Assembly (NCBI RefSeq): GCF_036365525.1
Contig: NC_090413.1
Span: 28,906,262-28,970,261 of the forward strand
Origin: Heterodontus francisci
Lineage: Eukaryota
Direction: 5' to 3'
DNA: 64,000 nt
Part shown: in pieces, positions 25,291-36,300 of the stretch
Position numbering within the stretch: position 1 is the first letter of the stretch
Layout of the letters: each line of letters opens with the position of its first letter
Translations under genes and position numbers: made by a program
Notes under the pieces: generated by a model
Databases searched by the model: none
Seen by the model: the letters and a program-made list of their open reading frames with translations, nothing else
Told to the model about the DNA's origin: nothing

Positions 25291-26966
25291 TTCTTTCTTT
25301 TCTTTTCTTTTGGGCCTCCTTATCTCGAGAGACAATGGATACGCGCCTGGAGGTGGTCAGTGGTTTGTGAAGCAGCGCCTGGAGTGGCTATAAAGGCCAA
25401 TTCTGGAGTGACAGGCTCTTCCACAGGTGCTGCAGAGAAATTTGTTTGTTGGGGCTGTTGCACAGTTGGCTCTCCCCTTGCGCCTCTGTCTTTTTTCCTG
25501 CCAACTACTAAGTCTCTTCGACTCGCCACAATTTAGCCCTGTCTTTATGGCTGCCCGCCAGCTCTGGCGAATGCTGGCAACTGACTCCCACGACTTGTGA
25601 TCAATGTCACACGATTTCATGTCGCGTTTGCAGACGTCTTTATAACGGAGACATGGACGGCCGGTGGGTCTGATACCAGTGGCGAGCTCGCTGTACAATG
25701 TGTCTTTGGGGATCCTGCCATCTTCCATGCGGCTCACATGGCCAAGCCATCTCAAGCGCCTCTGACTCAGTAGTGTGTATAAGCTGGGGGTGTTGGCCGC
25801 TTCAAGGACTTCTGTGTTGGAGATATAGTCCTGCCACCTGATGCCAAGTATTCTCCGAAGGCAGCGAAGATGGAATGAATTGAGACGTCGCTCTTGGCTG
25901 GCATACGTTGTCCAGGCCTCGCTGCCGTAGAGCAAGGTACTGAGGACACAGGCCTGATACACTCGGACTTTTGTGTTCCGTGTCAGTGCGCCATTTTCCC
26001 ACACTCTCTTGGCCAGTCTGGACATAGCAGTGGAAGCCTTACCCATGCGCTTGTTGATTTCTGCATCTAGAGACAGGTTACTGGTGATAGTTGAGCCTAG
26101 GTAGGTGAACTCTTGAACCACTTCCAGAGCGTGGTCGCCAATATTGATGGATGGAGCATTTCTGACATCCTGCCCCATGATGTTCGTTTTCTTGAGGCTG
26201 ATGGTTAGGCCAAATTCATTGCAGGCAGACGCAAACCTGTTGATGAGACTCTGCAGGCATTCTTCAGTGTGAGATGTTAAAGCAGCATCGTCAGCAAAGA
26301 GGAGTTCTCTGATGAGGACTTTCCGTACTTTGGACTTCGCTCTTAGACGGGCAAGGTTGAACAACCTGCCCCCTGATCTTGTGTGGAGGAAAATTCCTTC
26401 TTCAGAGGATTTGAACGCATGTGAAAGCAGCAGGGAGAAGAAAATCCCAAAAAGTGTGGGTGCGAGAACACAGCCCTGTTTCACACCACTCAGGATAGGA
26501 AAGGGCTCTGATGAGGAGCCACCATGTTGAATTGTGCCTTTCATATTGTCATGGAATGAGGTGATGATACTTAGTAGCTTTGGTGGACATCCGATCTTTT
26601 CTAGTAGTCTGAAGAGACCACGTCTGCTGACGAGGTCAAAGGCTTTGGTGAGATCAATGAAAGCAATGTAGAGGGGCATCTGTTGTTCACGGCATTTCTC
26701 TTGTATCTGACGAAGGGAGAACAGCATGTCAATAGTCGATCTCTCTGCACGAAAGCCACACTGTGCCTCAGGGTAGACGCGCTCGGCCAGCTTCTGGAGC
26801 CTGTTCAGAGCGACTCGAGCAAAGACTTTCCCGACTATGCTGAGCAGGGAGATTCCACGGTAGTTGTTGCAGTCACCGCGGTCACCTTTGTTTTTATAGA
26901 GGGTGATGATGTTGGCATCGCGCATGTCCTGGGGTACTGCTCCCTCGTCCCAGCACAGGCATAGCA
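25291..26966 (-). mobile_element. RTE-clade LINE, 5'-truncated, with an uninterrupted RT ORF
   Basis: NYRGISLLS, QCGFR, FIDLTKAFD, GVKQGCVLAP, LFADD, RRLRWLGHV and a C-terminal CxxC..HxxxC. (AAAAG)n tail at 25291-25311. Confidence 0.95.
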
Positions 26967-27429
26967 AAAGCATAGCATAAGTAAAGCTTTGAAAAGTTAC
27001 TTCATCCAAAATTTCCAATTGATTGTTATTGTTTAAAATACAGTATTTTAGCACAATTGAAAACCTTCAAGAAACAACAGGGGTCCAGTTAGCTCAGTTA
27101 GTTACATGATGGTGCAGAATGATGTCAATACTGCTGTAGTAGTTCACAGAGGCTTGCCTCCTTGCCTTGCCCCCTGCTTGCAGTTTGGTGACCCTGAAGC
27201 TACATATCACCAACTTGTCTCTTTCTCTAATGGAGAGAGATGTCTATGGTCCTTTTGGGACTACAGCTAGCACAAAAACAAACAAAAATAATTTGTTCAC
27301 AGATACAAAATGTTACACCAAGGGGTTGTAAACAGACCTTTTTGTCATTATTTATAATCCTGATTTATCTATACAAACCTGGAACTGTTGTCACATTAAG
27401 GGGCACTTGCCTACTTACTAAATTGGTAT

Positions 27430-29110
27430 CCAGGCCGGTGAGTCTAACATCAGTGGTAGGGAAACTATTGGAATAAATTCTGAGGGACAGGAATAATCTC
27501 CAATTGAAGAGGTAGGGATTAATCAAGGATAGTCAGCATGGCTTTGTCAGGGGCACATCGTGTTGAATTTTTTGAGGTGGTGACGAGATGTGTAGATGAG
27601 GCTAAAGCAGTTGATGTAGTCGACATGGACTTCAGTAAGGCTTTTGATAAGGTCCTGCATGGGAGATTGGTTAAGAAGGTAAGAACTCATGGGATCCAGG
27701 GCAATTTGGCAAATTGGATCCAAAATTGGCCTAGTGGCAGGAGGCAGAGGGTGATGGTCCTGTGACCAGTGGTGTACCGCAGGGATCGGTGCTGGGACCC
27801 TTGCTGTTTGTAGTGAACGTTAATGATTTAGACATGACTATAAGAGGTATGATCAATAGGTTCGCAGATGACACAAAAATTGGTGGTGTTGTAAATAGTG
27901 AGGAGGAAAGCTTCAGATTACAGGACGATATAGATGGGCTGGTAAGATGGGCGGAGCAGTGGCAAATGGAATTTAATTCTAAGAAGTGTGAGGTAATGTA
28001 TTTTGGGAGGACTAACAAGACAAGGTAATATAAAAAGGGTGGTAGGACCCTAGGAAGTACAGGTCAGAGGGACGTTGGTGTACTTGATCACTGAAGGCCG
28101 CAGCACAGGTAGATAAGGTGGCGAGGAAGACATATGGGATACTTGCTTTTATTAGCCAAGGCACGGAATATAAGAGCAGGGAGGTTGTGATGGAGCTGTA
28201 TAAAACTTTAGTTAGGCCACAGCTGGAGTACTGTGTACAGTTCTGGGCACCACACTATAGGAAGGATGTGATTGCACTGGAGAGGGTGCAGAGGAGATTC
28301 ACCAGGATGTTGCCTGGGCTGGAGCATTTCAGTTTTGAAGAGAGACTGGATAGGCTAGGGTTGTTTTCCTTTGACTAGCGAAGACTGAGGGGGGACCTGA
28401 TTGAGGTATACAAAATTATGAAGGGCATAGGGGAGATGGGAAGAAACTTTTTCCCTTAGTGGAGGTGTCAATAACCAGGAGGCATAGATTGAAGGCAAGG
28501 AGCAGGAGGTTTACAGGGGATTTGAGGAGAAGAATTTTCATGACGGCACAGTGGCGCAGTGGTTAGCACCGCAGCCTCACGGCTCCAGTGACCCGGGTTC
28601 AATTCTGGGTACTGCCTGTGTGGAGTTTGCAAGTTCTCCCTGTGTCTGCGTGGGTTTTCTCCGGGTGCTCCGGTTTCCTCCCACAAGCCAAAAGACTTGC
28701 AGGTTGGTAGGTAAATTGGCCATTATATAAATTGCCCCTAGTATAGGTAGGTGGTAGGGAAATATAGGGACAGGTGGGGATGTTTGGTAGGAATATGGGA
28801 TTAGTGTAGGATTAGAATAATTGGGCGGTTGATGGTCGGCACAGACTCGGTGGGCCGAAGGGCCTGTTTCAGTGCTGTATCTCTAAAACTAAAAAAAAAC
28901 CCAGAGGGTGATTGGAATCTGGAACAAACTGCCTGAAGGGGTGGTAGAGGCAGGAACCCTCACAACATTTGAGAAGTATTTAGATGAGCACTTGTAATGC
29001 CACAGCATACAAGGCTATGGACCAAATGCTGGAAAATGGGATTTGAATAGATAGGTGTTTGATAGCCAGCATGGACACAATGGGATGAAGGGCCTGTTTC
29101 TGTATAATTC
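27430..29110 (+). mobile_element. CR1 LINE 3' portion with a SINE insertion
   Basis: SGVPQGSVLGP, RFADDTKIGG and LVRPQLEYCVQFW. Confidence 0.9.
28543..28899 (+). mobile_element. Full-length tRNA-derived SINE (HE1/V-SINE type)
   Basis: Same structure as 11325-11662, with a complete head and A-rich tail. Confidence 0.9.
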
Positions 29111-29854
29111 TATACTATAAATGGTGCACATATCCTAATATCTACTATTAACAATGGAAATAAAAAAAATAAGCTCATAGAGTATGACTTTAAAATGGGG
29201 ACTGAATTACATCTGTGTACCCCATGTCCTATAATCCCACTTCTGAAAACTACAGGAGATCAACTAACACATTATAACAGAGTAGATATACCTTTAAGGT
29301 ACCTTATGCATCAGTCACAAACATCATAGAATAGTTACAGCACAGAAGGAGGCCATTTGGCACATCGTGTCTGTGCTGGCTCTCTGCAAGAGGAACTCAC
29401 CTATTCCCACCAACGACCCCCCACCTTTTCTCTGTAGCCCTGCAATTGTTTTCTCTTCAGATAATTATCCAATTCTCTTTTGAAAGTCTCGATTGAATCT
29501 GCCTCCATCACACACTCGGGCAGTGCATTCCACTCACTGCGTAAAAGGTTTTTCCTTCATGTCACCTCAGGTTCTTTTACCAATTACTATGCCCATAACA
29601 GGATTCAAACCTGCAACCATCTGATTACATCATGATCCACAGAAACGTCAGACCATTAGGATACATGACCACATATTATTAGAGCTAAAAGTAAATTTCA
29701 TTGCTGTGGGCTAATTCTGCAATCCCAGTGCAGAGACTGACTCACAGGGAGCATGTGGCAAAGAACTGTATTATAGCCCTGTTACTGATCCGTGCTCACT
29801 GTGTGATTGGCTTCCTCCTGACAGCATAGAATTAATCCTTTCACTTTCATTTCA

Positions 29855-29860
29855 TTTATT
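29855..29860 (-). terminator. Candidate polyadenylation signal for the TMa terminal exon
   Basis: First AATAAA on the minus strand, about 285 nt downstream of the TMa stop. Confidence 0.4.
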
Positions 29861-30144
29861 AAAAGGAAGTTCCTGTAACATTTTCACAGAAAGGGTAGTG
29901 GAAATCTGGAACTCTCTGTCCCAAAAGACTGTGGAATCTGGGGGTCAATTAACATTTTTCAGGACAGAGATAGATGACTGAGATGGAGAAAAGGCAGGTA
30001 AATGGAGTTGAGGTACAGATCAGTTATTATCTAACTGAATGCAGAACAGGCTCCCTCAGTAAGGACAATACAAAAAGTAGTGGTTTAACCATTTCTCCTT
30101 GAACAAGCACCAATTATTTTGGCTAAACATGTTTGTAATTGTTG

Positions 30145-30350
30145 TTATCCATTGGAATAGTCACTAAAATTATTTAAAGGGATATTTTCCTGATGTTCAG
30201 TTCCATTGGAGACAGGTAGATTGTTCTGTACTTCATAATTTCTGCTTCTAAGGGCAGTCCATTTCTTGTACAAGCCAAAGGTTATTGTCATTGCTACGAT
30301 TATTCCAATTGTTACAAATAAGATCACCCAAAGGCTGTTCCATGTTACAT
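30145..30350 (-). CDS. Gene B exon 8, transmembrane and cytoplasmic tail (TMa)
   Basis: Acceptor TTTTCACAG. Translates DVTWNSLWVILFVTIGIIVAMTITFGLY, then KKW..RSRNYEVQ...YSNG and a TAA stop. Confidence 0.88.
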
Positions 30351-33300
30351 CTGTGAAAACATTAATAAAAGTACAAATCATTTATTTCAATATATTTATT
30401 ATGAAACTCCTGATCATTTCCAAAATTCATAGTTTATTTGCAAGGAAATTTTTCATGGAATCTCTAGTTTGCAATATTCAACTATTTGCTGTATTTCAAG
30501 TTGTATTCTTCACCTCCTTTTATTCTCACCACACATGGACCATTCCTGATTACCTACACCTACACTCCATGTCCCTCTAATACCTTTAATTAATTTCTTC
30601 CTTTTTTCTATTCTCCTCCACTGTCTCTGATTTGTGATGCTGCTTGTCTGACATCCAGTATTAGATGAGCAGAAATTTCCTGCAACTAAGTATTGAGAAG
30701 ATCAAAGCCTTTGTCTTCAGTCCTCACCACAAATACTGCTCCCTACCCACCAACTCCGTCCCTCTTACAGACCACAGTCTGAGACTGAATCAAACTGTTT
30801 TCAACCTTGGCAAACTATATGACTCTGGACCAAGCTTCCGATCCCATATTCTTTCCAACACCAAGACCACCTATTTCCACCTCCGAAACATCGCCTGTTT
30901 CTGCTCCTGCCTCAGCTCATCTGCTGCTACAACCCATGCCTTTGCCTCTCTAGACTCAAATATTTCGATGCTCTCCTGGTCAGCCTCCCAAACTGCACCC
31001 TCCTTCAACCTGAGTTCATACATACTGCTGTCCGCTTCTTAACTCGCATCAATTCCCATTCACAAATCATCCCCCTGTGCTCGTTGACCTACAATGGCTC
31101 CTGGTCCAGCAACACCTTGATTTTTTTTTAATTGTTAGCCATGTTTTCAGTTCCCTTCCTATTTCTGTAACTTTCTCCATCCCGACAACCCTACAGATCT
31201 TTGTGCTCTTCCAATTCTTGTCTCTTTTGGATCCCCGATTTTAATCATTCCATCACTGGCAGCATGCCTTCAGCTGCTTAAGCCTTACCTCTCTCAACAA
31301 CAATAACAGCAACTTAAATTTATATAGCACCTTTAGTGTAATAAAACATCCTAAGGTGCTTCACAGGAGCATTATTTAAAGAAAAAATTGATACATCTCA
31401 GGGTCAAATATAAAACCAAGTTTACAAACAGTCTAGTTCAGCCTCAGACAGTTGCCAGAGAGAGGAATGGCAGTCATATGATGTTTGGGCACATGGCCAA
31501 ATGCTTGGTCAAAAAGGTAGGTTTTAAAAGGAGGATAGGTTGCAGGATCGAATTCCAGACCTTTATTTTATTCGTTTGTGGGATCTGGCATAGCTGGCTA
31601 AGCCAGCATTTGTTTCCCATCCATAATTGCCCTGAACTGAGTGGCTTGCTCGGCCATTTCAGTGTCAACCACATTGCTGTGGATCTGGAGTCACATGTTG
31701 ACCAGACCACCAGGTAAGGTGATAGATTTCCTTCCCTAAAGGACATTAATGACCAGATGGGTTTTCATGACAATATCACTGAGACTAGCTTTCAATTATT
31801 AACTATATTTATTGATTAATTGAATTTAAATTCCATCAGCTGCCATGGTGGGTTGAACCCATGTCACCAGAACATTAGCCTGGACTTCCAGTTTGCTAAC
31901 TTAGTGACATTACCACTAGGCCACTATCTCTCCCCAGTCTGGTTTAGCCTCAGGCAGTTCCCAGAGAAAGATATGGCAGTGGCGAGGGAACAAGTTTGCA
32001 GCGGGGACTGAAGACAATGACTTTGGTCTTCCCAATATTCTCTTCTACTTTATGATATTCCTTAAAACCTACTTCATTGACCAAGCTTTTGGTCACCTCT
32101 CCTAATATCTTCTTATGAGGCTCAGTATTAAATTATTTTTCATAATCACTCCTGTGAAGCACCTTGGGATGCTGATTACATGAAAGAAGCTATACAAATG
32201 CACATTCTTGTTGTTGATATAAGGGTCATCCATCAAACAACTTCCTGTTTTTTTTTGAACAGGTTCCAGGATTTCACTGATACTTCCTCTGTTTGTTTGT
32301 CCCTACATTTTGCTTCCAATTCTATGAAAACTCTTGTTAATCTTCCATTTTTCTGCCCAAAACATTCACCATCCATTCTCTGCACAGATTTGACTGACCT
32401 GCTATGTTACAGCCACTCCTGGTTTTGTTTTACACTGTGATTGCCCCCCCTCACTATTAGAATTGAAGCCCAGCCATGTGATGCAGCTCACTGAGCTGCC
32501 AACACCCTGCACCATGACCGGCAGTGTGTGGATTCACAGCTGCAACTCCCCTGCTGCGGAGTTATTGCTCAGGCAGTCTGGGCAAACACAGAGCAGGAAT
32601 AAGGCGCTCCTACACACAAAGAGAAACAAGTGGAAGGGAGTATCACTCTGGGCCATTCTTACTAATGTCCTAGAGGCCAGTTACAGAGCAGCATTGTGAG
32701 AGGCAGGCAGTAGTTTATCCATTTGTCCCATTACCAGCACGTGTGGAGTAGAACAGGAGTCTAAATAACTGAACTAAGTAAACCAAAATGGCACTCGGGA
32801 TTTATTTGGGATAACAGAAATGCTGCTTCAATCCACAAAGGATTAATTATTTATTCTTTGCATTCTGACCAATATTACAAACTGACCTTTGATCCTGATG
32901 TCCACTTCCTTCTCATGAGTTCCATATTTATTGGTAGCTGTACATTTATAAATGCCTTGATGTTCTGATGTTGCGTGGGAAATATGGAGGACTCCAAGAG
33001 GACCATCCTGAATGTTCCTGCCATTACTGGGGGCTTCCCACTTTAATGTCGGCTTGGGGTTTCCATTGGAATTGCAGATAATTGTAACCTCATCACCTTC
33101 ACTGAGGGTTACTGGAACCCCTGACATGGTTTGGTTATTTACTGATATGGTTGTATTTCGAGGTTTATCTGGAAAAGAGAAAAGGAAAAGATGAAAAGAG
33201 GCAGGAAAGGCACATCACAGGATCACTGACACAGCACCACATCAGTGCTTGGATTAGCTGCATTCCCAAACTTAGTCACATATTGTGCTCTCGTCCATCT

Positions 33301-36300
33301 TCAACAGCCAGTTCAGAACATCTGAATCCCTACAGTTGGATTGAAGTCCAGTGAGTGTTACTGCCTGGAATTTACTCCCACTCATCTGTCATTTTATAAA
33401 GCCAAAGTGAAATGCAGTTTCTTTGTGTAAATATAAACTCAACATAACAGCCACTCACTGGATCAGCTTGCCTCAGGTTATCACACAAACACACTGTTCA
33501 CAGCGCTCAGAACAAAGGAACATTCAAAGAGTAAACTTCCTGCAATCTATTACTCACACAAAATGACTGAATTTACAGAGGAGTTTCTGGATCCATACTC
33601 ATTGGTAACTGTGCACGTGTACAGACCACTATGCCACATTTGAACTGATGGGATGTGGAGTATCTCTCTGCTGAGTATCTTCCCATCTTTGGTCCAGAAC
33701 ACCTGGGGAGCTGGGTTCCCTGCACCATGACATGTTAAATTCTGTGATTTCCCTTCAATCCAGTCTTCTTGTGCTTTAAAGATCTGTGCTTCCATTGGAG
33801 CATATGTAAATTTCATTAGAATACAAAATTAAAACTTGAAATTGAATAACAAAGCTCAAATACTTTTCAGATCTTTCTGGTGATTTTATTTTGGTGCTCT
33901 CCAGATGTCAGTGCTCAGAATAAAACTGACTTCTCTGTGAAAACTCAGTGTCAGCATCAAACACTCCCAGGTCAAATAAAAAGCAGGATAAAGACAGAGA
34001 AATTCTCCCTGTACTCTGCGGACAAAAGCAAAAATTCTGAGTGTCACTTCTGAGAAATCTCCAAGTGATTTCTGCTTTACTCTTTCCTGTTTCTGAATAG
34101 CTGATTCCATTTCAAATTACCTTCAAAACTCATATGTCAGCCTCTGGTAATGGGAAATCCCATAGGAAGACTGTCAACAGTTACCTACTGTACCAGTCAT
34201 GCCTGTATTTGTCACTTTGATTGATATTTATAACGCTGAATGACCTGTCATGCAACGTTAGTGCGAGCCCAGTCGTGAAACTATTTTTGTGTTTGAAGTC
34301 AGCTGTGTGTAAGCCTGTGGCTCCATTACAGATTCATTGGGTGGCAATGTAGAATAAATATATTAAAAAGCCTTCAGATAGCAGCCTTTTTAAACCTCCC
34401 TGCACTGAGGCCTTTCCCCCAAAGTTGTCATTGGATTCCCCCCCTGAACGAAATGGTGCCCCCCTCAGATATTGCATCAGGTTCCATATCCTCAATATTC
34501 CTGCACAGAAAATGGGAACTAAGAATCCACAAGGCATAGGTTCCTTACACTGCATGTTTCCCCCAAACAGAACACTACACTCCAGGTTGAACTCAGGGAT
34601 GCTCATTCCCATGAAGCTCTCGCTGCTCCCTGTCTCCTGGCTGTGGATTCCTCATTGCAACGTGAGTTTAAATTCCCTGTGATTCTCCATTTCTCTGCTG
34701 CATTCTCATTGACAAAGCCCTTAACCCATTTTACCCACCTGCAATTACACCCTCTTGCCTCTGTCTCTTAGATCTATTCAAAAGTCAAATTGCACAAGAA
34801 TGTTAAAGAGACAAACAACAGCAGTAATAACAGGAGGGTGGGCTAGATGAACCTCTAATTTGTTTCCAGTCTGTCACTTTCTCTGCTTCTATGTTTTTCT
34901 ATTTTACCATCACAATATCGTATCAGACAAAATAGGATCATTTCTCCCCAGAGTATTTCTCCGTGAGTGCTGGACAATTACATCAGTTTTTCTGCAGTAT
35001 TTATGAACAAGATGTTAGCTATTCAGTCTTCTGTGTTGTTGGAGGTCAATCATCTGAGCTCCAGGACAACACTGCAGGAGTTCCTCAGGGTAGTGTCCTA
35101 GGCCCAACCATCTTCAGCTGCTTCATCAATGACCTCCTTCAATCATAAAGGTCAGAGGTGGGGATGTTCGCTGATGATTGCACAATCTTCAGCACCATTC
35201 GTGACTCCTCAGATACTGAAGCATCCGTGTAGAAATGCAGCAAGCCCTGGGCAATATCCAGGCTTGGGCTGATAAGTGGCAAGTAACATTCACGCTATAC
35301 AAGTGCCAGGCAATAACCATCTCCAAACAAGAGAGAATCTTACTATCTCCCCTTGACATTCAGTGGCTTTACCATCACTGAATCCCCCACTATCAACATC
35401 CTAAAGTCTACCATTGACCAGAAACTGAACTGGAGTAGCCGGATAAATAGCGTGGCTACAAGAGCAGGTCAGAGGCTCGGAATCCTGAGGTGAGTAACTC
35501 AACTTCTGACTCACCAAAGCCTGTCCACCATCTACAAGGCACAAGTCAGGAGTGTGATGGAATACTGTCCACTTGCCTGGATGGGTGCAGCTCCAACAAC
35601 ACTCAAAAAGATCGACACCAAACAGGACAAAGCAGCCCGCTTGATTGGCACCCCATCTGCAAACATTCACTCCCTCCACCACCGACGCACAGTGGCAGCA
35701 GTGTGTACCATCTACAAGATGCACTGCAGCAACACACCAAGGCTCATTCGACAGCACCTTCCAAACCCGCGACCTCGACCAACTAGAAGGACAAGGGTAA
35801 TAATAAGTAAATAAATGCATGGGAACTCCACCACCTGCAAGTTCCCCTCCAAGTCACACACCATCCTGACTCGGAACTATATCGCTGATCCTTCACTGTC
35901 ACTGGGTCAAAATCCTGGAACTCCCTTCCTGACAGCACTGTGGGTGTACCTACCCCACATGGACTGCAGTGGTTCAAGAAGGCAGCTCACCACCACCTTC
36001 TCCAGGGCAATTAGGGATGGGTAATAAATGCTGGCCTGGCCAGCGACACCCACATCCCATGAATGAATACAAAAAAAGAATGTTGCTCTGTGCATTATTA
36101 TCTCCATTGAAAATGCTATTCTAGCATTCTTCATCTCCCATTTAATAGATCCTATTAATATCCCTCATGTTACAACAGCCCAGTACGGCTCAGCTTCCAA
36201 TTGTTCCTCGCTTGTTCCTGTGGAAGTGTCTGGCCTTCACTTAGCATCTCACCCAATGGTCTGGTCAGGACATGTACCTTGCTATATGGGGTCCCAGGAC

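Noticed and set aside
25357-27054. 565-aa ORF as a host gene
   Set aside because: It is RTE reverse transcriptase. The first ~30 aa are chance read-through into flanking DNA.
28543-28620. tRNA gene
   Set aside because: The A/B-box head runs into the SINE body and LINE-derived tail, and several copies are present.
20025-30144. Leader or D1-D5 exons belonging to the D6b-TMb cassette
   Set aside because: Read on the minus strand, I found only TEs and featureless sequence with no Ig motifs. Highly decayed exons could have been missed.
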